DNA from: Candidatus Nomurabacteria bacterium
GTDB taxonomy: Bacteria > Patescibacteriota > Minisyncoccia > Phycocordibacterales > JACOZG01
NCBI GenBank assembly: GCA_020847275.1
Contig: JADLCI010000001.1
Coordinates: forward strand, 2,540-66,539
Length of the DNA stretch: 64,000 nt
Direction of reading: 5' to 3'
Shown: one piece after another, positions 8,788-16,842 of the stretch
Layout of the letters: the number at the start of each line of letters is the position of its first letter
Numbering within the stretch: the stretch's first letter is position 1
The notes under the pieces: model-generated
Told to the model about the DNA's origin: nothing
The model's input: only the letters and a program-made list of their open reading frames with translations
Database searches by the model: none
Translations under genes and position numbers: made by a program

Positions 8788-10968
8788 ATGAAATTGCTCA
8801 TTGTTGAATCGCCAGCAAAAGCGAAAACGATTTCAAAATACCTGGACGGTGAATATACCGTGCGGGCAAGTGTTGGGCATATTCGTGATTTACCAAAATC
8901 AAACAAGAATGCGATTAATATTGCAGATGGTTTCGTACCGCATTATGAAATCTCACCAGGAAAGGAGAAGGTGGTGAAAGAGTTAAAGAGTTTAGCAAAG
9001 CGGTCAGAGAAAACCTTGCTCGCAACAGACCCCGACCGCGAGGGTGAGGCAATTGCTTGGCACATTAAGGAAGCAATCGGGCTGAAGAAACCAGAACGCG
9101 TCGTTTTCCACGAAATCACAAAGGAGGCGGTACAAGAAGCCATGAAACATCCCCGCCAGATTGATGAAAATCTTCGCTCCGCCCAAGAAGCACGGCGAGT
9201 GCTGGACAGATTGTTTGGCTACGATCTTTCTGGATTGATTTGGCAGAAATTACGCTACGGCCTATCGGCCGGAAGAGTTCAATCTCCGGCCCTACGAATC
9301 CTTGTGGAACGTGAACGAGAGATTAAGGCCTTTGTTCCAGAAAAATTTTGGGTGATAGAAGCGCTCCTTACCACAAAGGATGAAACCGAAATCAAGTTCA
9401 CCTGTACGGTTGAGCCGAAAACGGGCGAAGAGGCGGCGAAAATCGTAGATCTGAGTCAGAAAAGTGATTGGCAAATAGATACCGTTAAACAAAGTGAGGC
9501 CAAGCGAACAGCCCGAGCACCATTTACCACCTCCACACTTCAACAAGCTGCTAGTTCGCGACTAGGCTATTCACCATCAATCACCATGCGGCTCGCCCAG
9601 AAACTTTACGAGGCGGGGCATATTACTTACATGAGAACGGACAGCACCAATCTGTCGCAACAGACGCTTGGTGAGATTGCCACGGTGGTGAAGGATCGGT
9701 TTGGTGATAAATATTACACTCGCCAGACCTATGCGACAAAAAGCAAGAACGCCCAGGAGGCCCACGAGGCCATCAGACCAACTCATCCCAATACCACAAA
9801 GGTTGGAAACTCCGCACAAGAAGAAAACCTATACCGTCTAATCTGGGCCCGAACAATTGCCAGCCAGATGAGCGCCGCTGAAATTCTAAAAACAGAAATT
9901 ATTGCCCGGCCACAAAATCCAGAAATTCCTGACTTCAAGACCACGGGTTCGGTAATCACTTTTGCCGGTTGGTTGGAAGCTGACCCAGATGCCCGTGGTG
10001 AAGATCTGGAATTACCAGAAATCGAGAGTGGAGAAAAACTAAGATTGAAAAATATCGAGTCGCTTGGCAAAGAGACCCAGCCACCAAGACGATATTCCGA
10101 AGCTGGTTTGGTAAAAGAATTGGAAAAGCGTGGCATTGGTCGACCGTCAACCTATGCCCCAACGATTAAAACAATCATCGATCGTGGCTATGTTGAGAAG
10201 GAAGCCCGAAGCTTAAAGCCGACAGAAACCGGAGAAGTTGTAAGCACTTTCCTGGAACAATATTTTGCGTCCTATATTAGTGATGACTTCACTCGCGAGA
10301 TGGAGGACAATCTCGACCAAATTGCCAGCGGCGAGCGTGAGTATGTAAAGACGTTAAAGGACTTCTATGGCCCCTTCAAGAAAGCGGTGGCTGAGAAAAA
10401 AGACATTCCCAAGATTACAAACCTTGGTGCTGCCCCAGAAGAGACGCGGTGTCCCCTTTGTGTCGGACCAATGATTATCAAACTGGGTCGCTCGGGCAAG
10501 TTTTATTCCTGTGCCAAATTTCCCGACTGTACTGGCGCCCGCAAACTTACTGGTGAAGAAATGTCGGGACCAAAGGAGACTGGTGAATCATGCCCGGAAT
10601 GTAAGGACGGGAAGCTGGTAGAACGAGACGGAAAATTTGGCAAATTCATCGCCTGTGCCAACTATCCGAAATGTAAGTTTATAAAAAAAGACCCCGAACA
10701 GGAGGCGAAAAACGACACCGGAATCCAGTGTCCGAAATGTAAAAAGGGAACAATGGGAGAACGGCGTGGGCGCTTCGGCATCTTCTATGGCTGTTCCAAT
10801 TATCCGGCCTGTAAAAATATCATCAAAACCAAACCAACTGGTAAACTCTGTGATATTTGTGGCGCCCTGATGATGACCGGGACCAAAACCATCCCTGATC
10901 GTTGTTCAGACAAAACCTGCGTTAATCACAATCCACACAAAGTTGAGAAGGCTAGCACGAAGAAGTAG
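8788..10968 (+). CDS. topA: DNA topoisomerase I
   Basis: IVESPAKAKTI, ATDPDREGE, SAGRVQS, ITYMRTDS, C-terminal Zn ribbons. Confidence 0.98.
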   Translation: MKLLIVESPAKAKTISKYLDGEYTVRASVGHIRDLPKSNKNAINIADGFVPHYEISPGKEKVVKELKSLAKRSEKTLLATDPDREGEAIAWHIKEAIGLKKPERVVFHEITKEAVQEAMKHPRQIDENLRSAQEARRVLDRLFGYDLSGLIWQKLRYGLSAGRVQSPALRILVEREREIKAFVPEKFWVIEALLTTKDETEIKFTCTVEPKTGEEAAKIVDLSQKSDWQIDTVKQSEAKRTARAPFTTSTLQQAASSRLGYSPSITMRLAQKLYEAGHITYMRTDSTNLSQQTLGEIATVVKDRFGDKYYTRQTYATKSKNAQEAHEAIRPTHPNTTKVGNSAQEENLYRLIWARTIASQMSAAEILKTEIIARPQNPEIPDFKTTGSVITFAGWLEADPDARGEDLELPEIESGEKLRLKNIESLGKETQPPRRYSEAGLVKELEKRGIGRPSTYAPTIKTIIDRGYVEKEARSLKPTETGEVVSTFLEQYFASYISDDFTREMEDNLDQIASGEREYVKTLKDFYGPFKKAVAEKKDIPKITNLGAAPEETRCPLCVGPMIIKLGRSGKFYSCAKFPDCTGARKLTGEEMSGPKETGESCPECKDGKLVERDGKFGKFIACANYPKCKFIKKDPEQEAKNDTGIQCPKCKKGTMGERRGRFGIFYGCSNYPACKNIIKTKPTGKLCDICGALMMTGTKTIPDRCSDKTCVNHNPHKVEKASTKK

Positions 10969-10974
10969 AATTTT

Positions 10975-11925
10975 CTACAGTGAAAAATTCTTGAGATTAT
11001 AAAGCTCGCTCTCCGGATCATCGGGAATGGTATCGTCAGCGGGTGCTTCGGCCATCTCACCCTCCGGGGCAACAAGATTCTCCTCTACCACTTTCTCCTT
11101 ATCGCCGTTCAATAGTTCCAAAATCTGCGCCAAGTCATTGTTATCAAAGAAGTCAATCGTAACCTTCCCGCCCACCTCCTTACGATCCACCCGTACTCGT
11201 GTGCCAAGCTTTTCTGTTAGCTTTTGCTCCAACTCAACAATCTCCGGATCAACGAGATATGTTTTGTTGCGCACTTTCTCAAAAGCGATGCGTCGAGCAA
11301 TTGATTCTGTCTCCCGTACAGTAAGTCGCTTCTGTATAATTTCCTGGAAAAGTGTCCTCTGTTCTTCTGGTCGATCAATTAACATTAGAATTGGTCGTGA
11401 GTGGCCCTCGGTAATCTTCCCGGCTGTCAGTGCCTCAATCATCTCCTCTGGCATCCCCAACAAACGAATTGAATTGGAGACATACTCTCGACTCTTCCCC
11501 ACCCTCTTGGCCACATCAGCGTGGGTGAGCGTGAAATCATTCACCAACTGATGGAAGGCTCGAGCCCGGTCAACCGGATTCAAATCCTCACGCTGGAGAT
11601 TCTCAATAATGGCCATCTCCAATTTCATCTTATCTGTCTCAATACCATCCTTAATTAGAGCGGGCACGGCACTAATACCCGCGATCTTTGACGCTCTCCA
11701 CCGGCGTTCGCCAGCAATTAGCTCGTACTCCACTGCCAATCCACCATCTTCACGTTCCACCTCCTTCCGAGTGACGACTAACGGCTGAAGCACTCCGTAC
11801 TGACGAATGGAATCCGCCAGAGCGCGTAGTTTATCCTCGTCAAACTCATGTCGTGGCTGAAACGGATTAGGTTTAATCTTGTCCACGCCAATCCAGAAAA
11901 TTGCACTGTTGTAGGTTTCACTCAT
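10975..11925 (-). CDS. parB: ParB/Spo0J partition protein
   Basis: PNPFQPR, LIAGERRWRA, ENLQREDL, HTH; start moved to MSETY because the track start lies in tRNA-Leu and TAAAAT sits 7 nt upstream of ATG 11925. Confidence 0.93.
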   Translation of the reverse strand: MSETYNSAIFWIGVDKIKPNPFQPRHEFDEDKLRALADSIRQYGVLQPLVVTRKEVEREDGGLAVEYELIAGERRWRASKIAGISAVPALIKDGIETDKMKLEMAIIENLQREDLNPVDRARAFHQLVNDFTLTHADVAKRVGKSREYVSNSIRLLGMPEEMIEALTAGKITEGHSRPILMLIDRPEEQRTLFQEIIQKRLTVRETESIARRIAFEKVRNKTYLVDPEIVELEQKLTEKLGTRVRVDRKEVGGKVTIDFFDNNDLAQILELLNGDKEKVVEENLVAPEGEMAEAPADDTIPDDPESELYNLKNFSL

Positions 11926-11975
11926 TTGCTTCATTTTAACACAAAGCAACTTTTGTGCTAAGCTCAATTCCGATA

Positions 11976-12058
11976 GCCGGAGTGGCGGAATGGCATACGC
12001 ATACGACTCAAAATCGTACGGCCGCAAGGCCTTGTGGGTTCAAGTCCCACCTCCGGCA
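11976..12058 (+). tRNA. tRNA-Leu(CAA)
   Basis: Cloverleaf; TACGA-CTCAAAA-TCGTA anticodon arm; long variable arm. Confidence 0.95.
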
Positions 12059-12065
12059 CATCGTT

Positions 12066-12137
12066 GTCCCCGTAGTCTAATGGATAGAACACGGGCCTCC
12101 GAAGCTCGAGATACAGGTTCGATTCCTGTCGGGGACA
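12066..12137 (+). tRNA. tRNA-Arg(CCG)
   Basis: Cloverleaf; CGGGC-CTCCGAA-GCTCG; GTTCGA T-loop. Confidence 0.95.
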
Positions 12138-12177
12138 CCGCGCTGAAACAAAAGAGATTCTCGATTCCGTTTTTGAC

Positions 12178-12262
12178 TTGACATAATAGACCAGATATGC
12201 TAGCCTCTGTTCATAATTTGGGGTGGTGAATTACCCTTCAAATTACGGTAGCTCTTTGATAA
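12178..12262 (+). promoter_or_regulatory. Promoter, hairpin and boxA-like site
   Basis: TTGACA-17-TAGCCT; GCTCTTTGATAA at 12251-12262. Confidence 0.65.
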
Positions 12263-12394
12263 GACGGGAGGAAAAATCGAGAATTCTCCATCTAAGCAGT
12301 GAGTAGCGCATTGGACACCTAAATTAGGTATCTAGTGCACTACTCATTGTGGGTAGGCGAAATCAAACAAACTCAAACCAAAAGGAGAATTATC

Positions 12395-13051
12395 ATGAAA
12401 GTCCTAGTTTTCGACGACAACGAGACCCATCGCGCCGCCGCTCATGCCCAACTCAAAGACCACGACCTCACGGTCGTCGGTACCTACGACGAGGCACAGA
12501 AGCTGCTCACGCCACAGTTCGACTACGAGAAGGCCTCGGCCACTCTCAAGGGTCAGTTCGGCGACTTCAACCCCTATCGTTCCGACGATGAGGCGAAGAA
12601 GGCCGAATACTTTGCGGCCGAGAAGGTGGCGAACGAGCAGGCGACGACCTACCCCAACTTCGATGTTGTTCTGTCCGACCTCCTCGTGCCCGCTTCGCGG
12701 CAGGCGCAGGGTTCGATGGAACTCGTCGGCAAGGAGATGCCCGTCGGCATCTTCATCGGGCTACTGGCCGCGGTCAAAGCTCGTGCGAAGTATGTCGCCG
12801 TCTTCACGGATAGCGACCATCACTCGCATCCTGCCTCCGCCTGCTTCGACACCTTCAACGATGGCGAGACTGCCCCCACGCCGTTCATGATCGAGGGCAG
12901 CAAGGTCCTCCTCTCCAACACGAGGAACTGGGTTAACAAGTACGATCCGCAGGACCTCTCGAGGGCGCTGGGGTACGAGGAGTACAGCAAGCGGTCCGAC
13001 ACGGTCCGCGCCAAGAACTGGTCTGCGCTCCTCTCATACCTCACCGCCTAA
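12395..13051 (+). CDS. Orphan receiver (REC)-like protein with an internal insertion
   Basis: AAGGAG then ATG 12395; MKVLVFDD...FDVVLSDLLVP; strongly C/G-ending codons. Confidence 0.7.
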   Translation: MKVLVFDDNETHRAAAHAQLKDHDLTVVGTYDEAQKLLTPQFDYEKASATLKGQFGDFNPYRSDDEAKKAEYFAAEKVANEQATTYPNFDVVLSDLLVPASRQAQGSMELVGKEMPVGIFIGLLAAVKARAKYVAVFTDSDHHSHPASACFDTFNDGETAPTPFMIEGSKVLLSNTRNWVNKYDPQDLSRALGYEEYSKRSDTVRAKNWSALLSYLTA

Positions 13052-13069
13052 CCCGCCTCCCACCAACCC

Positions 13070-13109
13070 AACGCGCCATGTCTTCGGACCTCTGGCGCGT
13101 TTTCTTTTT
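13070..13109 (+). terminator. Intrinsic terminator
   Basis: AACGCGCCA...TGGCGCGTT followed by a T-rich tail. Confidence 0.75.
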
Positions 13110-13205
13110 CATAATTCAAAGAACAAAGGATTTGCCGCTAAGACTGAAGTCCGTTAGAATCTCAGTAAATCCGAATTCTGCCAAAGAGAAAACTGAAATC
13201 GTCAC

Positions 13206-14121
13206 ATGAGCAAGCAAGTCTTAGTAATTGTCGGCCCCACAGCCAGTGGTAAAAGTGCCTTGGCGGTTCAGCTGGCCAAGAAGTTTGATGGTGAAATTAT
13301 TTCGGCAGATTCAAGACAGGTTTATCGTGGCTTAGATATCGGGAGCGGAAAGATTACCGAGAAAGAGAAGCGTGGTATTCCCCACCACCTCCTAGACATC
13401 GCTTCACCCAAACGCATCTTTACTGTGGCGCGATATCAAAAATTAGCAAAACAAAAGATCGCCGAGATCATTGGTCGAGGAAAGTTACCAATCATCTGTG
13501 GCGGCACAGGCTTCTATATCCAAGCGATTGTCGACGACCTGGCTTTACCGAAAGTGAAACCGGATTCTCGTCTCCGGAAAAGTCTCGCCCAGAAAACTGT
13601 GCCCGAATTATTTAAAATGCTTCAGAAACTAGACAGCAACCGGGCGAGAAAAATTGACAGAAATAATCCCCGGCGACTAATCCGCGCGATAGAGATTGCC
13701 AAACATGGGCCAAAAAAGTGACTACCAGTTTATTATAATCGGCCTCAATCCCGGGCCCGAAAAGTTGAAACGGCTAATCAGAGTCCGGCTAGAAAAACGC
13801 CTAAAAAATGGACTAATTGATGAGGTCAGAGACTTGAGAAGGGGCGGCTTGAGCTGGCGAAGATTGGAAAGTCTTGGTCTGGAATATAGGTTCGTCTCTC
13901 TTTACTTGCAGAAAAAACCAGACAGAAAAGAGCTGGTGGAGAAATTGAATATCGCCATCTGGCATTATGCTAAGCGACAAATGACTTGGTGGAAACGCGA
14001 CGAGCGAATACAGTGGCTAGAACAAAAATCAGCGTTGAAGTTAAAGCTGAAACCAAACAGTACTGACACCAAGAACCTATTACAAACCCCTGCAAATAGA
14101 CGAAGACAAGCGAGGCGATGA
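13206..14121 (+). pseudogene. miaA: tRNA dimethylallyltransferase split by a +1 frameshift near 13712-13720
   Basis: GPTASGKS, SADSRQVY, GGTGFY and RRLIRAIEI in ORF1; LGLEY and YAKRQMTW in ORF2 (+1 frame). Confidence 0.85.
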
Positions 14122-14410
14122 AAGCCAGGAGCGACAGAAACCAAAGCGTATTCACCACCCACTTTCTCTGCTCCTGTAAATAAAACAGAACCAAGACAAA
14201 GACAGCGAGATAAAACAGCGACCCAAGTAGCGCCACTGGAATACCGGCAACGGTGGAATAAATACTACTAGTGACAGTATCGCAACCATCAAGGAAAGAA
14301 CAAGGGATGGGAGCCCCGGTGTAATGTTTAATCGCCAGAAAAGTGGCGTCGGCAAAACCGAGAAAACTAAGCCCCAAGATTGTCAGTAATAAGTTTCTTG
14401 AATTCTTCAT
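13970..14410 (-). CDS. Vitamin K epoxide reductase (VKOR) family, DsbA reoxidant
   Basis: CSFLDGCDTVTSSIYS, GIPVALLG, WCQYC, 4 TM. Confidence 0.92.
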   Translation of the reverse strand: MKNSRNLLLTILGLSFLGFADATFLAIKHYTGAPIPCSFLDGCDTVTSSIYSTVAGIPVALLGSLFYLAVFVLVLFYLQEQRKWVVNTLWFLSLLAFIASLVFVYLQGFVIGSWCQYCLVSALTSTLIFVLATVFARRVSTKSFVA

Positions 14411-15122
14411 AACTCTGTGGGTTATTAATTCTTTTCCCATTCAGAAAAAAGCTTGGTGTTGAATCAACACCAGAACTTACGCCACTCTGGAGATCTTGTT
14501 CTACCGCCTTCTTCACCATTGCGCTATCAATATCCTGCTCCAGTTTAGAAAGATTGAGACCAAGCGGTTGAAGCAACTTTACCAGCGTTTGACGGGCTAA
14601 AATTTGCTCGGACCAGAGTTTCTGGTTGTCAAAAATGATATCCGCCGCCAGCCAGAACTTACCCTGCAAACCGGCCGCCTCAACGACCTGAGAAGAAATC
14701 TGGGCATTAGCATGAATGGTCCGAAGTGGGAAATGGCGATAGACCACTACTAATTGTTCGTCGGCAAATTCGTCACGCAATTGCTTGATCCACGGAGCAT
14801 AAAAAGCGCAAGCTGGACACTGGAAATCACTATATTCAACTAACTGAACCTTGGCATCAAGGTTACCGTCGAGCCAATCAGCCTCCGTTACCGGAATCGA
14901 AAGCGCCCCATCGCTAGGTACACCGCCGGGCGGAGTGACTGTCGCTAGTTTATATAGACCAAAAACGGTACCCCCAAGAATCAAAATAGCCAGAATCCAG
15001 GGCCAAATGCCCCGTCCTGACCCAGAAGCAACTGGCCGTACACCCGCACCACCGCGCTCGGCACGCTTCAATTTCTGCTCCTGTTCGTATTGCTCCTTAG
15101 GACTTAATTGATTTTCTGCCAT
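14367..15122 (-). CDS. DsbA-family thioredoxin-fold oxidase
   Basis: EYSDFQCPAC, YRHFPL, GVDSTPSFFLNG, N-terminal TM. Confidence 0.93.
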   Translation of the reverse strand: MAENQLSPKEQYEQEQKLKRAERGGAGVRPVASGSGRGIWPWILAILILGGTVFGLYKLATVTPPGGVPSDGALSIPVTEADWLDGNLDAKVQLVEYSDFQCPACAFYAPWIKQLRDEFADEQLVVVYRHFPLRTIHANAQISSQVVEAAGLQGKFWLAADIIFDNQKLWSEQILARQTLVKLLQPLGLNLSKLEQDIDSAMVKKAVEQDLQSGVSSGVDSTPSFFLNGKRINNPQSYEEFKKLITDNLGA

Positions 15123-15145
15123 ATTTTCTATATCCTAACAGATAC

Positions 15146-15217
15146 GGGCCTGTAGTTTCAATGGTAAAACATCGGTCTCCAAAACCGAGGTTCCGCGTTC
15201 GAGTCGCGGCGGGCCCG
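15146..15217 (+). tRNA. tRNA-Trp(CCA)
   Basis: TCGGT-CTCCAAA-ACCGA anticodon arm; cloverleaf. Confidence 0.95.
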
Positions 15218-15219
15218 CC

Positions 15220-15378
15220 CTATTTCTTCGCTTCCTTATGACCCGTGTGCTTGCGACACCAGCGGCAGTGCTTCTTAATCTCAATCTTGCGTTCCACCAG
15301 CTTGCGATTCTTCCGACTCCAGTAATTAACCCGTTTGCAGGTTTGGCAAGCCAGCTTGATTAGTTGATCCTGTGACAT
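15220..15378 (-). CDS. rpmG: 50S ribosomal protein L33 (Zn-binding type)
   Basis: Manual translation MSQDQLIKLACQTCKRVNYWSRKNRKLVERKIEIKKHCRWCRKHTGHKEAKK. Confidence 0.95.
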   Translation of the reverse strand: MSQDQLIKLACQTCKRVNYWSRKNRKLVERKIEIKKHCRWCRKHTGHKEAKK

Positions 15379-15518
15379 AGGTTAATAAGGCTAATATATT
15401 TAGGAGGAAAAGGCAAATTTAATTTTTTAGCAGAAATAAAGGTAAGACAACTTGGTACGCACCACGAAACGAGACGAAACTATTTTGAGCCTTGCTTTGG
15501 GGTGGTATATTGTAGCCT

Positions 15519-16250
15519 ATGTATTTTGCTGGTGATCTGACAAAATCAAGCAAATGGGAACTTCTTCACCTAAAAGAAGTGTCCTACTGGCATCGGGCCG
15601 GCAGTGGTATCCAAGAGGTATTTAACAGAATGCGGGCGTCCGGTAAGAAGCATCTAAGTGAGATGGACACTGAAACTATCGAGGTCTGGGTCACCACCAT
15701 GCTTGCTCTGGCAATGCAGCACAGAGAGAAAAAGATTTTTTGGCTTGGAAAACCAAAAAACGATCCACCTGACATGGCAGTTATGACCGTTACGGAAACG
15801 GGTTATTTTCATGCGCGAGAAATCGAGGTCACAAGATGTATGCACCCAAACGAGAACCTGATCAAAAATATTTTGAAAAAAGACCGAGAAAATAAATTAT
15901 CAGAAAAATATATTCTATGTGGTTTTATGGAGATTCATGGTCATTACAATTTAGTCTCTATCGGCAATTACCTTCAAACTAAATTGGAGAATATTAAAAA
16001 TGTGGTCTTGGTTTTTAATGGGGGGATGATTTTTAATACAGATGAAATTGCGACAAGAAATTTGTGGACTGTGGCTCAAATATCACCAGTCTTTGACGCT
16101 ATTACTGTGAACATATCGTCCGAATACAATAACTGGTTAAACGACCCAGACAAGCTCCGTTATACAAAAAATGGCCAAATATATTTTGGTAAGAAAACAC
16201 TAGACGAGACTTATCCTACAATTTTACCTAATACTCCAATCTCTTTTTGA
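15519..16250 (+). CDS. Hypothetical protein, possible PD-(D/E)xK-like fold
   Basis: AT-rich ORF with a DPPDMAVM...REIEVT pattern. Confidence 0.55.
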   Translation: MYFAGDLTKSSKWELLHLKEVSYWHRAGSGIQEVFNRMRASGKKHLSEMDTETIEVWVTTMLALAMQHREKKIFWLGKPKNDPPDMAVMTVTETGYFHAREIEVTRCMHPNENLIKNILKKDRENKLSEKYILCGFMEIHGHYNLVSIGNYLQTKLENIKNVVLVFNGGMIFNTDEIATRNLWTVAQISPVFDAITVNISSEYNNWLNDPDKLRYTKNGQIYFGKKTLDETYPTILPNTPISF

Positions 16251-16286
16251 AATAACCCGGGTGAGAGAGTCTCATCACTAATCGCC

Positions 16287-16529
16287 CTAGAAAGGCTTTA
16301 TAAGTTCTTTGCCACGACACAGTGCATGCAGTCTCGTGTGCGCACTGCGTGTCATAAGCCACAGGTTGTTCTTGCGGAAATTTCGCTTATTACCGTCTAC
16401 GTGATGCACAACGTATCCATGGAAAATAACACCCCCAACCTTATTGGCGGCCACAGTTCTGTGAACCAAGGTTTTGCTGTCTTTCCATCTAGGGTAGCCC
16501 TTTTTGTCTATGTAGAAATTTTGCACCAC
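16287..16529 (-). CDS. Small HNH endonuclease
   Basis: VHRTVA...VVHHVDGNKRNFRKNNLWLMTRSAHTRLH. Confidence 0.85.
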   Translation of the reverse strand: MVQNFYIDKKGYPRWKDSKTLVHRTVAANKVGGVIFHGYVVHHVDGNKRNFRKNNLWLMTRSAHTRLHALCRGKELIKPF

Positions 16530-16564
16530 AACAGACTACCATACTAAAATAGCATTGTCAAGTT

Positions 16565-16585
16565 TGTGCGCCGGGCAGGATTCGA
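16565..16585 (-). repeat. 21-bp duplication of the tRNA-Tyr 3' end (att-like)
   Basis: TGTGCGCCGGGCAGGATTCGA identical to 16737-16757. Confidence 0.9.
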
Positions 16586-16738
16586 CTACAACTCTCGGCT
16601 TGCCGTCGCTCGCCTCGGTCGCAGTCCCAGCTCGCGGCCTCGCGTACTCGCTCGGCATCGCTCCGCTCTTCGAATCCTTCAGCAGGGGCAGTATAGCGCA
16701 CAATAAAACCGAGCAAAAGCCCGGTTCTATTGGCGCTG

Positions 16739-16822
16739 TGCGCCGGGCAGGATTCGAACCTGCGTAGCCCAAAGGGCGACAGATTTACAGTCTGTTGTAA
16801 TTGACCACTCTACCACCGACGC
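16739..16822 (-). tRNA. tRNA-Tyr(GTA)
   Basis: ACAGA-CTGTAAA-TCTGT arm; long variable arm. Confidence 0.95.
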
Positions 16823-16842
16823 GCGACCTTACTATATATATT

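Noticed and set aside
11926-12027. N-terminal extension of ParB
   Set aside because: Overlaps tRNA-Leu
13712-13718. dnaX-type programmed -1 frameshift in miaA
   Set aside because: The -1 frame stops within a few codons; the downstream half is in the +1 frame
15452-15490. Far att site of the tRNA-Tyr islet
   Set aside because: Similarity to the tRNA end is too weak to call
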